Of a stretch of 64,000 bases of DNA, positions 12,017-24,380 are shown one piece after another. Numbering within the stretch: the stretch's first letter is position 1; each line of letters opens with the position of its first letter. Location: assembly GCA_002269645.1 (NCBI GenBank), contig NIVC01002034.1:1-64000 (forward strand), written 5' to 3'. The notes beneath the pieces are model-generated. The model saw nothing but the letters and a program-made list of their open reading frames with translations. It was not told the origin of the DNA and made no database searches. The stretch comes from Macrostomum lignano. Its lineage: Eukaryota. Made by a program: the position numbers and the translations under genes.

Positions 12017-13009
12017 TTGCCGTTTCTAATTTCCCAATTTCCCGACTGCTTGCCTGAGAGGCTCGCAATTTTGTACATTGAATTTCACTGCCAAGCTAAT
12101 ACACAGGGCCGATAATAAAAAAGTGAACCAATTGAATCAATTGATTGCGCAATATATTTCTGTGTTAGTCAGTATAAGTCTCAGTTAAAGTTAACAAAAA
12201 GTTTGCGCAATCTAATCAACCCTCCAATACAAAGCAACTGACCCCCTTCCTATACACAGCGCCAGTTAGAAGTCGAAACCCCCAACTTTATCTATTACGT
12301 CTCGCAAAACTGAGTACAATTTTTGCAGAAAGTTTAAAGTATGGAAATGGTTTTTTTTAATGCTGTGCTTTTTCTTTTTATATTTAAAGCATACAACTTA
12401 TATCCCCGAACTCAGCGTTGCAAGATCTTTCCAGCAATATAAGTCTCTCCTCTCAAAGTTTAAAACTCGAGCAACAGTTTGCGTTTGAAACTGTCTGATT
12501 TATAGCATTGAAGTATGGAGTGTACGTTCACTGCCTGCTTGCAAGTTGATGCATTGAATTTTAATGTCCAACAAATACACAGGGCTGCCCATTGAGAGGC
12601 AGGAAAACTTATCAGTAGCCATATCATTGCGCAATTATCTATACAGTCAGCCAGTAAGCCAGGGTCCAAGTGTACACACGCAGCCACTGAGAACGCTCCC
12701 ACCCCCACTGGAAAGAAAATACACTACAGAGATAGGGAAAAGTTGTGGCGCAATCACTAAAAATTCGTGCATTTTTTCAGCTCCAAGCAGAAAGAGGGGA
12801 CAAATAAGATTATCAAAGGTCAAGATTCAAGTTTTCTGCTTTTTTAGGGATCTTAACAATCGAAAATAAAATATTAAAATAGCCTATAGCCGACCTCGGA
12901 TAATTTCCAATCTTCCCATATAAGTTTCAACGCTGAGTTGCCACTATTCAAGGAGAAGTTGTCGAAATGACAGACAGACAGACAAACAACGCGTCAACTT
13001 TAGTATATA

Positions 13010-16000
13010 CGAGTGGAACTCCTCCTTCGGAGGAGAAAGGGGAAGAACTCCCATCACCGGAATTCTATTCCCTGAAATATCCATCAACTGAAATTCCATG
13101 TCTTTAACCCTATCTTCCAAATCGTCTCCAAATTCTTTACAAAATCTTTCAAAGACCATAGCTCAAAGACTCTCAAGTCTCTCATATCTCCTCTCTCCTC
13201 TCTCTCATCTCATCTCTACCCCTGCTCCCTTATTTATCTCTTCTCCCTCGTCTTTCGTCTGTACCTTCTCCTGTCTTCTGTCTCCTCTCTTCACTCTTAT
13301 CTCTCCCTCTTCTCTCCTCTCTCATATGTCATCTCTACTCACTTATCTATCGTCTCTCTTAACCCTCTCTCTCTCTTCTCTTTTCTCTTCTCTCTGCTCT
13401 CATTTCTCATATTTCATATACGCTCTGACACTACTTTCTTGTCTCCCATCTTTCTTCCTCCTTTTCACTATCCCCTGTCTCTTCTCTTCTCTCTTTTCTA
13501 TTCTCTCCATTCTCTCTTTTCTCCTTTCCTTGCTCCTTTCATCTCTCTCCTCTCTCCTCACTCTCTTCTCCTTTCGCTTCTCTCTCCTCTCTCTCCTCTC
13601 ATCTTTACTACCTTATTTATATCTTCTCCTAGTCTTTCGTCTGTACTCTCTCCTGTCTCCTCTCTCCCCTCCTCTCTCATCCCTCATCTCCTCATCTCAC
13701 TCTTTCTTTCTCCTCTACTCTCCCCTCTCTTCTATTGCCTCTGTACGCTCTTATCCCTCATCTATTCTCTCTCCTATCATCTCCAATCTGTCATGTCTAA
13801 TCTCTCCACTCAATTATACTCTGTTTTCTATCATCTCTTCTCTCTTCTCTTTTCAGTCTTCTCTTTACTCTCTTCTCTGACTGATTGAAGATGCCAAATC
13901 CATCAAGATCCTCTCCGCGAAGAAAAAATCCTGTCTGTGCAACTAAAAACCATCGAAATCCTCTCAGTGAAACTGGACTCCTTCGAAATCCTCTCCTTGA
14001 AACTTAAATCCATCAAAATTGTTTCCATAAAACAGAAATCAATCATAAATTATCTCCGCGAAACAGAAAGCCTCTCCGTGAAGCTGAACATGATCGAAAT
14101 CCTCTCCGTGAAACTGAACACCATGGAAATCCTTTCGTGAAACTGAACATCATCGAAATCCTCTCCACGAAACAGAAATCTTCTCCGTCAGAATTTAAAC
14201 ATTGAAATCGTCTCCGCTAAACTTGACTTAATCGAATTTTTTCCGTCAAACAACTCAACTCGCCAGATTCATTAGGGTTAGGGTTAGGGTTAGGGTTAGG
14301 GTTAGAACTACGCACAGCTTCGTGTTAAAAGGCACAGATAAAAATATTGAACTAATTGTATCAATTCATTGCGCAACCGATTTCACAGTCAGTCAGTATC
14401 AGCCTCAGGTAAAGTTAACAAAAACATTGCGCAATCTAAATCGACCCTCCAATACACAGCAGCAGTGAGAAGTTGAACCCTCCCCCCAACAATCTTTGCA
14501 GATTAAAGTACAATCTTTGCAGAAAGTTAAAGCTGTGCTTTTTCTTTTCATATTTAAAGCAAACAACTTATATCCCCGAACTCAGCGTTGCAAGATCTTG
14601 CCAGCAATATAAGTTTCTCCTCTCAAAGTTTAAAACTCGAGGAACAGTTAGCGTTTGAAACTGTCTGATTTATAGCATTGAAGTATCGAGTGTACGTTCA
14701 CTGCCTGCTTGAAAGTTGATGCATTGAATTTCAATGTCCAACAAATACACAGGACTGCCCATTGAAAGGCAGGAAAACTTATCAGTAGCCATATCATTGC
14801 GCAATTATCTATAAAGTCAGCCAGTGAGCCAGGGTCCAAGTGTACACACGCAGCCACTGAGAACGCTCCCACCCCCCACTGGAAAGAAAATACACTACAG
14901 AGATAGGGAAAAGTTGTGGCGCAATCACTAAAAATTCATGCATTTTTCAGCTCCAAGCAGAAAGAGGGGACAATTAAGATTATTAAAGGTCAAGACCGCC
15001 GTTTTCTGCTTTTTTGAGGATCTTAGAAATTAAAATTTCAGAATTAAAATAGCCTATACCGACCTCGGATAATTTCCAATCTTCCCATATAAGTTTCAAC
15101 GCTGAGTTGGCACTATTCAAGGAGGAGTTGTCGAAATGACACACAGACAGACAAACAACGCGTCAACTTTAGTATATATAGATAGACGAGTGGAACTCCT
15201 CCTTCGGAGGAGAAAGGGGAAGAACTCCCATCACCGGAATTCTATTCCCTGAAATATCCATCAACTGAAATTCCATGTCTTTAACCCTATCTTCCAAATC
15301 GTCTCCAAATTCTTTACAAAATCTTTCAAAGACCATAGCTCAAAGACTCTCAAGTCTCTCATATCTCCTCTCTCCTCTCTTTCATCTCATCTCTACCCCT
15401 GTTCCCTTATTTATCTCTTCTCCCTCGTCTTTCGTCTGTACCTTCTCCTGTCTTCTGTCTCCTCTCTTCACTCTTATCTCTCCCTCTTCTCTCCTCTCTC
15501 ATATGTCATCTCTACTCACTTATCTATCGTCTCTCTTAACCCTCTCTCTCTCTTCTCTTTTCTCTTCTCTCTGCTCTCATTTCTCATATTTCATATACGC
15601 TCTGACACTACTTTCTTGTCTCCCATCTTTCTTCCTCCTTTTCACTATCCCCTGTCTCTTCTCTTCTCTCTTTTCTATTCTCTCCATTCTCTCTTTTCTC
15701 CTTTCCTTGCTCCTTTCATCTCTCTCCTCTCTCCTCACTCTCTTCTCCTTTCGCTTCTCTCTCCTCTCTCTCCTCTCATCTTTACTACCTTATTTATATC
15801 TTCTCCCTAGTCTTTCGTCTGTACTCTCTCCTGTCTCCTCTCTCCACTCCTCTCTCATCCCTCATCTCCTCATCTCCTCATCTCACTCTTTCTTTCTCCT
15901 CTACTCTCCCCTCTCTTCTATTGCCTCTGTACGCTCTTATCCCTCATCTATTCTCTCTCCTATCATCTCCAATCTGTCATGTCTAATCTCTCCACTCAAT

Positions 16001-19000
16001 TTTACTCTGTTTTCTATCATCTCTTCTCTCTTCTCTTTTCAGTCTTCTCTTTACTCTCTTCTCTGACTGATTGAAGATGCCAAATCCATCAAAATCCTCT
16101 CCGCGAAGCAAAAATCCTGTCTGTGCAACTAAAAACCATCGAAATCCTCTCAGTGAAACTGGACTCCTTCGAAATCCTCTCCTTGAAACCTGAATCCATC
16201 AAAATTGTTTCCATAAAACAGAAATCAATCATAAATTATCTCAGCGAAACAGAAAGCCTCTCCGTGAAGCTGAACATGATCGAAATCCTCTCCGTGAAAC
16301 TGAACACCATGGAAATCCTTTCGTGAAACTGAACATCATCGAAATCCTCTCCACGAAACAGAAATCTTCTCCGTCAGAATTTAAACATTGAAATCGTCTC
16401 CGCTAAACTTGACTTAATCGAATTTTTCCGTCAAACAACTCAACTCGCCAGATTCATTAGGGTTAGGGTTAGGGTTAGGGTTAGAACTACGCACAGCTTC
16501 GTGTTAAAAGGCACAGATAAAAATATTGAACTAATTGAATCAATTCATTGCGCAACCGATTTCACAGTCAGTCAGTATCAGCCTCAGGTAAAGTTAACAA
16601 AAGATTGCGCAATCTAAATCAACCCTCCAATCCACAGCTGTAGTGAGAAGTTGAACCCTCCCCCCAACTTTATCTATTACGTCTTGCAAAACTGAGTACA
16701 ATATTTGCAAAAAGTTAAAAGTATGGAAATAGTTTTCCAAATGCTGTGCTTTTTCTTTTCATAGTTAAAGCAAACAACTTATATCCCCGAACTCAGCGTT
16801 GCAAGATCTTGCCAGCAATATAAGTTTCTCCTCTCAAAGTTTAAAACTCGAGGAACAGTTAGCGTTTGAAACTGTCTGATTTATAGCATTGAAGTATCGA
16901 GTGTACGTTCACTGCCTGCTTGAAAGTTGATGCATTGAATTTCAATGTCCAACAAATACACAGGACTGCCCATTGAAAGGCAGGAAAACTTATCAGTAGC
17001 CATATCATTGCGCAATTATCTATAAAGTCAGCCAGTGAGCCAGGGTCCAAGTGTACACACGCAGCCACTGAGAACGCTCCCACCCCCCACTGGAAAGAAA
17101 ATACACTACAGAGATAGGGAAAAGTTGTGGCGCAATCACTAAAAATTCATGCATTTTTCAGCTCCAAGCAGAAAGAGGGGACAATTAAGATTATTAAAGG
17201 TCAAGACCGCCGTTTTCTGCTTTTTTGAGGATCTTAGAAATTAAAATTTCAGAATTAAAATAGCCTATACCGACCTCGGATAATTTCCAATCTTCCCATA
17301 TAAGTTTCAACGCTGAGTTGGCACTATTCAAGGAGGAGTTGTCGAAATGACACACAGACAGACAAACAACGCGTCAACTTTAGTATATACGAGTGGAACT
17401 CCTCCTTCGGAGGAGAAAGGGGAAGAACTCCCATCACCGGAATTCTATTCCCTGAAATATCCATCAACTGAAATTCCATGTCTTTAACCCTATCTTCCAA
17501 ATCGTCTCCAAATTCTTTACAAAATCTTTCAAAGACCATAGCTCAAAGACTCTCAAGTCTCTCATATCTACTCTCTCCTCTCTTCGCTATTATCGTGACT
17601 CGCTTCTCTCTCCTCTCTCTCATCTCATCTCTACCCCTACTCTCTTATTTATCTCTACTCCCTCGTCTTTCGTTTGTACCCTCTCCTGTCTCTTGTCTCC
17701 TCTCTTCTCTCATATCTCTCCTCTTCACTTCTGTCTCCTGTCTCCTCTCTTATCTCTTCCTCTTCTCTCCTCTCTCATATGTCATCTCTCCTTACTTATC
17801 TATCGTCTCTCTTAACCCTCTCTGTCTCTCTTCTCTTTTCTCTCCTATCTGCTTCTCATTTCTCATATCTCATATACGCTCTCACACTCTACTTTCTTGT
17901 CTCCTATCTTTCTTTCCTCCTTACCACTATCCCCTGTCTCTTCTCTTCTCTCTTTTCTATCCTCTCCATTCTCTCTTCTCTCCTCTCCTTTCTCTTTTCA
18001 TCTTCTCCCCTCTCTTCTCTAATCTCTAATCTCTTCTCTCTTATGTTCTCACTCATCTCTTTTCTCATCGCATCTCTCATCTCTCCTCTCCTCACTACTT
18101 TCCTTCTCTTAACTCTCTTATCTCTGATCTTTCATCTCTCTCCTCTCTCCTCTCTTTCTTCTCCTTTCGCTTCTCTCTCCTCTCTCTCCTCTCATCTCTA
18201 CTACCTTATTTATATCTTCTCCCTGGTCTTTCTTCTGTACTCTCTCCTGTCTCCTTTCTCCCTCTTTTCTCCTCTCTTCTCTCTCCCCTCCTCTCTCATT
18301 TCTCATCCCCCATCTCACTTTTTCGTTCTCCTCTACTCTCCCCTCTCTTCTATTTCCTCTGTATGCTCTTATCCCTCATCTATTCTCTCTCCTATAATCT
18401 CTCTTTTCTCCCTTTGCTATCTCATATCGCCCCTCTCATCTCCTCTCTCCTTCGTCCCGCCTTACTCCCCTCTTCTCTCCCATCTGTCATGTCTAATCTC
18501 TCCACTCATTTCTACTCTGTTGTCTATCATCTCATCTCTTTTCTTTTTCATTCTTCTCTTTACTCTCTTCTCTGACTGATTGAAGATGCCAAATCCATCA
18601 AGATCCTCTCCGCGAAGCAGCAATCTTGTCTGTGCAACTGAAAACCATCGAAATCCTCTTCGTGAAACTGAAAACCATCGAAATGATCTCTTTAAAACTG
18701 GACTCAATTGAAATTTTCTCCATCAAAAAGAATAAAATATCAGGATTCATTGGTTAGGGTTATTGTTAGGGTTAGGGTCAGGGTTAAAGCTACACACAGC
18801 TGCGTGTCCAAATAAAAAATTGAACCAATTGAATCAATTGATTACGCAACCGATTTCTCAGTCAGTCAGTATCAGTCTCAGTTAAAGTTAAAAAAGATTG
18901 CGCAATCTAAATCAACCCTCCAATCCACAGCAGTAGTGAGAAGTTGAACCCTCCCCCCAACTTTATCTATTACGTCTTGCAAAACTGAGTACAATATTTG

Positions 19001-22000
19001 CAAAAAGTTAAAAGTATGGAAATAGTTTTTCAAATGCTGTGCTTTTTCTTTTCATATTTAAAGCAAACAATTTATATCCCGAACTCAGCGTTGCAAGATC
19101 TTTCCAGAAATATAAGTCTCTTCTCTCAAAGTTTAAAACTCGAGGAACAGTTAGCGTTTGAAACTGTCTGATTTATAGCATTGAAGTTTGGAGTGTACGT
19201 TCACTGCCTGCTTGCAAGTTGATGCATTGAATTTCAATGTCCAACAAATACACAGGGCTGCCCATTGAGAGGCAGGAAAACTTATCAGTAGCCATATCAT
19301 TGCGCAATTATCTATACAGTCAGCCAGTAAGCCAGGGTCCAAGTGTACACACGCAGCCACTGAGAACGCTCCCACCCCCCACTGGAAAGAAAATACACTA
19401 CAGAGATAGGGAAAGTTGTGGCGCAATCACTAAAAATTCGTGCATTTTTTCAGCTCCAAGCAGAAAGAGGGGACAATTAAGATTATCAAAGGTCAAGACC
19501 GCCGTTTTCTGCTTTTTTGAGGATCTTAGAAATTAAAATTTCAGAATTAAAATAGCCTATAGCCGACCTCGGATAATTTCCAATCTTCCCATATAAGTTT
19601 CAACGCTGAGTTGGCACTATTCAAAGAGGAGTTGTCGAAATGACAGACAGACAGACAAACAACGCGTCAACTTTAGTATATGTAGATAGATAGATAGAGA
19701 CGAGACGAGGCCAACTCCTCCGATGGAGGAGAAAGGGGAAGAACTCCCATCACCGGAATTCCATTCCCCGAAACCCCTTAGCTGAATCCCATGACCCGAA
19801 TCCCATCATCAAAACATCTCCAAATCCATCAAACTCCTCTCCGCGAAACAGAAATCCTCTCCGTGAAACTGAAAACCATCGAAATCCTCTTCGTGAAACT
19901 GAAAACCATCGAAATGATCTCTTTAAAACTGGACTCAATTGAAATTTTCTCCATCAAAAAGAATAAAATATCAGGATTCATTGGTTAGGGTTATTGTTAG
20001 GGTTAGGGTCAGGGTTAAAGCTACACACAGCTGCGTGTCCAAATAAAAAATTGAACCAATTGAATCAATTGATTACGCAACCGATTTCTCAGTCAGTCAG
20101 TATCAGTCTCAGTTAAAGTTAAAAAAGATTGCGCAATCTAAATCAACCCTCCAATCCACAGCAGTAGTGAGAAGTTGAACCCTCCCCCCAACTTTATCTA
20201 TTACGTCTTGCAAAACTGAGTACAATATTTGCAAAAAGTTAAAAGTATGGAAATAGTTTTTCAAATGCTGTGCTTTTTCTTTTCATATTTAAAGCAAACA
20301 ATTTATATCCCCGAACTCAGCGTTGCAAGATCTTTCCAGAAATATAAGTCTCTTCTCTCAAAGTTTAAAACTCGAGGAACAGTTAGCGTTTGAAACTGTC
20401 TGATTTATAGCATTGAAGTTTGGAGTGTACGTTCACTGCCTGCTTGCAAGTTGATGCATTGAATTTCAATGTCCAACAAATACACAGGGCTGCCCATTGA
20501 GAGGCAGGAAAACTTATCAGTAGCCATATCATTGCGCAATTATCTATACAGTCAGCCAGTAAGCCAGGGTCCAAGTGTACACACGCAGCCACTGAGAACG
20601 CTCCCACCCCCCACTGGAAAGAAAATACACTACAGAGATAGGGAAAGTTGTGGCGCAATCACTAAAAATTCGTGCATTTTTCAGCTCCAAGCAGAAAGAG
20701 GGGACAATTAAGATTATCAAAGGTCAAGACCGCCGTTTTCTGCTTTTTGAGGATCTTAGAAATTAAAATTTCAGAATTAAAATAGCCTATAGCCGACCTC
20801 GGATAATTTCCAATCTTCCCATATAAGTTTCAACGCTGAGTTGGCACTATTCAAAGAGGAGTTGTCGAAATGACAGACAGACAGACAAACAACGCGTCAA
20901 CTTTAGTATATGTAGATAGATAGATAGAGACGAGACGAGGCCAACTCCTCCGATGGAGGAGAAAGGGGAAGAACTCCCATCACCGGAATTCCATTCCCGA
21001 AACCCCTTAGCTGAATCCCATGACCCGAATCCCATCATCAAAACATCTCCAAATCCATCAAACTCCTCTCCGCGAAACAGAAATCCTCTCCGTGAAACTG
21101 AAAACCATCGAAATCCTCTCCGTAAAACTGGACTCAATCGAAATTTTCTCCGTCAAAAAGAACTTAACTCTCAGGGTTCAGTGCCATCAGTGGTTAGGGT
21201 TAGGGTTAGAGCTGCACAGAGCTGCGGGTTGAAAGGCGCCGATAAGAATATTGAATTAATTGAATCAATTTATTGCGCAACCGATTTCTCATTTAGTCAG
21301 TATCAGGCTCAGGTAAAGTTAACAAAATGATTGCGCAATCTAATTCAACCCTCCAATACACAGTGGCAGTAAGAAGTTGAACCCTCCCCATAACTTTATC
21401 TACGCTCGTATTACGTCTAGCGAAACTAAGTGCAATCTTTGCAGAAAGTTAAAAGTTCGGAAATAGTTTTTTAATGCTGTCCTTTTTGTTTTCATATTTA
21501 AAGCAAACAACTTATACCTCCAAACTCAGTGTTGCAAGCTCTTTCCGGCAATATAAGTCTCTTCTCTTAAAGTTTAGAACTCGAGGAGCAGTTAACGTTT
21601 ACAACTTTCCGATTTAAAGCATTGAAATATCGAGTGTACGCTCACTGCCTGTTAAAGCGACTCGCAAGTTATGCAATGAATTTCACTGTCCTACATACAA
21701 TACACAGGGCTTCATATTGAAAGGCAGAACAACTTAACAGTAGCCAAATCATTGCGCAATCATCTATACAGTGCGCCAGTGAGCCAGGGTCCAATTGTAC
21801 ACACGCAGCCACTTAGAACGCCCCATCCCCCAACTGGAGAGAAATGCACTGGCGAGATAGGAGAAAGTTATGGCGCAAGCAATCAAAATTGATGCATTTT
21901 ATCAGCTCCGAGCAGAAAGAGGGGACAAATAAGATTATCAAAGGTCAAGATTGCAGTTTTCTGCTTTTTTAGGGATCTTAAAATGTGAAAATAAAAAATT

Positions 22001-23353
22001 GAAATAGCCCACTGCAGTCCCCGGAAAATTTGCAGTTTACCCATATAAGTTTCAACGCTGACTTGCAAGTATTCTAGGAGGAGTTATGCAACACACAAAC
22101 AAACAGACAAACAAACAAACAAACAAACAATCATCGCACCAACTTTAGTATTAGGATTTAGTATTAGGACGAGGCCAACTCCTCCTCTGGAGGAGAAAGG
22201 GGAAGAATTCCCATCACCGGAATTCCATTCCCTGAAATCCATCAGCTGAATCCTATCATCCAACCCCTCTCCTCGAAACTGAACACCATCGAAATCCTCT
22301 CCGCGGAACAGAAATCCTCTCCGTGAAACTGGACTCAATTAAAATTTTCTCCGTCAAACAGAACTAAACTCAGGATTCAGTGGCTAGGGTTAGGGTTAGA
22401 GCTGCACAGAGCTGCGGGTTGAAAGGCGCTGATAAGAATATTGAATTAATTGAATCAATTTATTGCGCAACCGATTTCTCATTCAGTCAGTATCAGGCTC
22501 AGGTAAAGTGAACAAAATGATTGCGCAATCTAAATCAACCCTCCAATACACAGTGGCAGCAAGAAGTTGAACCCTCCCCCCAACTTTATCTATTACGTCT
22601 CGGGAAACTAAGTGCAATCTTTGCAGAAAGTTAAAAGTTCGGAAATAGTTTTTGAATGCTGTCCTTTTTGTTTTCATATTTAAAGCAAACAACTTATACC
22701 TCTAAACTCAGTGTTGCAAGCTCTTTCCGGCAATATAAGTCTCTTCTCTTTAAGTTTAGAACTCGAAGAGCAGTTAGCGTTTACAACTTTCCGATTTAAA
22801 GCATTGAAATATCGAGTGTACGCTCACCGCCTGTTAAAGCGACTCGCGAGTTATGCAATGAATTTCACTCTCCCACAATACACAGGCTTCATGTTGAAAG
22901 GCAGAACAACATAACAGTAGCCAAATCATTGCGCAATCATCTATACAGTGCGCCAGTGAGCCAGGGTCCAAGTGTACACACGCAGCCACTTAGAACGCCC
23001 CATCCCCCAACTGGAGAGAAATGCACTGGCGAGATAGGAGAAAGTTATGGCGCAATCAATCAAAATTGATGCATTTTATCAGCTCCGAGCAGAAAGAGGG
23101 GACAAATAAGATTATCAAAGGTCAAGATTGCAGTTTTCTGCTTTTTTAGGGATCTTAACAATCGAAAATAAAATATTAAAATAGCCTATAGCCCGACTTG
23201 GAAAATTTGCAGTTTCCCCATATAAGTTTCGACGCTGACTTGCCAGTATTCTAGGAGAAAAATTGCAACACACAGACAAACAGACAAACAGACAAACAGA
23301 CAAACAGACAAACAGACAAACAGACAAACATCGCACCACTTTTAGTATTAAGA
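13010..23353 (-). repeat. Tandem array of six non-autonomous Helitron units
   Basis: Units: 13010-15186, 15187-17389, 17390-19705, 19706-20935, 20936-22169, 22170-~23353 (about 2177, 2203, 2316, 1230, 1234 and 1184 bp). Each junction reads hairpin-CTCG|(TC)...ATACTAAAG-(TGTY)n on the minus strand. Units also carry a ~30-bp subrepeat (gaaatcctctccgtgaaact core) and TTAGGG tracts. Confidence 0.88.
14272..14305 (+). repeat. Interstitial telomere-type repeat (TTAGGG)5 inside a Helitron unit
   Basis: Five perfect TTAGGG plus TTAG. Homologous tracts at 16457-16484 (4 copies) and shorter or degenerate ones near 11720, 18755, 19985, 21193 and 22385. Confidence 0.9.
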
Positions 23354-23642
23354 GAGAAGAAGAGATGTATTCTGTAGTCCTTCAACATTATTTTGGTTCG
23401 AGTGCCGCCGCTCTAATCTTGAGGTGCCAATGTTTAGAGTTCATAGTCCCCAGTCAAATTGCGGCAGTCACTTGTCGAAGGCCCCAAGGCCAAGACCCTA
23501 GGCCCCCTAATACCATGCAGGATGTTGGGGACTGAGAGTCCCCTTTCGCGACATTAAATAATTAGTAAATGATCGGAGGCTGAGCTTTACTGGCATGAAT
23601 TCAAGGTAGTAGAGCACCGGCCGGGTCACATACACGTAGCCC

Positions 23643-24097
23643 CACAGATACTAGAATAACCAGATGGGCCACTCAGCACATTTGCGTGTAAGCTACTTTC
23701 AGTTCAGTAGCAAGTTAAACAGAAGCATTTTAATGTATTTTTAAAGCCAAGGCTCATTTATTGGCTCTTACCCCCCTCCCCCACTTAAACCTCCAACCGC
23801 GCCTTTCCACCCCCCCTCGCCCCGCCCCACCCTAATTTTTATTGCCTTTCTCGGGATTCCAGCCTAAAGCGGCCATGTATATTTAAAGTGGACTGGCTAA
23901 TGTACATTACTGCCGAACCAATTAGCAAGCTGTTTACGCCTGCAAGCTTGGGCTTCTAAACTTATCAAAGTCATTTCAGCTGCCTTTATTTTTATAAAAT
24001 AGCTTATATATACTTCCTTGCTACTGAACTGAAAGTAGAAAGCTGTTTTACTAAGTATATATGCCTGAGTGGCCATCTAGTTATTTTAGTATCTGTG
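23643..24097. mobile_element. 455-bp non-autonomous DNA transposon (P-element-like MITE)
   Basis: Imperfect ~70-bp TIRs, CACAGATACTA...TAGTATCTGTG. Exact 8-bp TSD CGTAGCCC at 23635-23642 and 24098-24105. A CANRG terminus with an 8-bp TSD fits the P superfamily; hAT is not excluded. Confidence 0.75.
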
Positions 24098-24380
24098 CGT
24101 AGCCCTAGCAACATTTAAACCGTCACCAATTCGCCACTCAAATACATGTCGTATACACTGTAATATATGAGCCGTACCTTTTTGTAATCCAGTTTGCCAA
24201 AACAATACGTACATGTAGAACCAACTTCGGGCACTTCCGGCACTGCGAGTTCACTCGATTCAGTTGAAGGGTAGGCAGAGGCAGAGAGCCAGCATTCTGC
24301 CTTAAACTGACTGACTGAATTCATTCTCATAGCATCGCTCTATGCAAATAAGCCTGTCAGCCTCGTCAGCTGTTATCAAA

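Larger units (their letters stand above)
322..13009 (-). mobile_element. Putative autonomous Helitron (~12.7 kb) carrying RepHel
   Basis: Left end is the minus-strand 3' terminus (hairpin at 331-347 followed by CTCG). Right end is the 5' terminus TATATACTAAAG. Segments 322-~1140 and ~12100-13009 match the two halves of the short array units. RepHel lies inside in the same orientation, and I found no other Helitron termini near RepHel. Confidence 0.65.

Noticed and set aside
14272-14305. True chromosome end
   Set aside because: Tracts are only 2-5 repeats long and sit at an internal, repeated position.
415-18579. Many 100-300-aa Leu/Ser-rich ORFs (415-951, 13098-13880, 15275-16066, 17674-18579 and others)
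   Set aside because: They are translations of the CT-rich low-complexity blocks, which lack stop codons by composition.
13010-23353. CRISPR-like or simple satellite interpretation of the array
   Set aside because: The context is eukaryotic, units are kb-sized with no unique spacers, and the junctions have Helitron terminal structure.
12460-23535. Repeated short ORFs (MGAFSVAACVH..., MQLKTIEILSVK..., MSPVLKRSFRW...)
   Set aside because: They recur only because the non-coding Helitron unit is repeated, their lengths and frames vary, and they have no domain signal.
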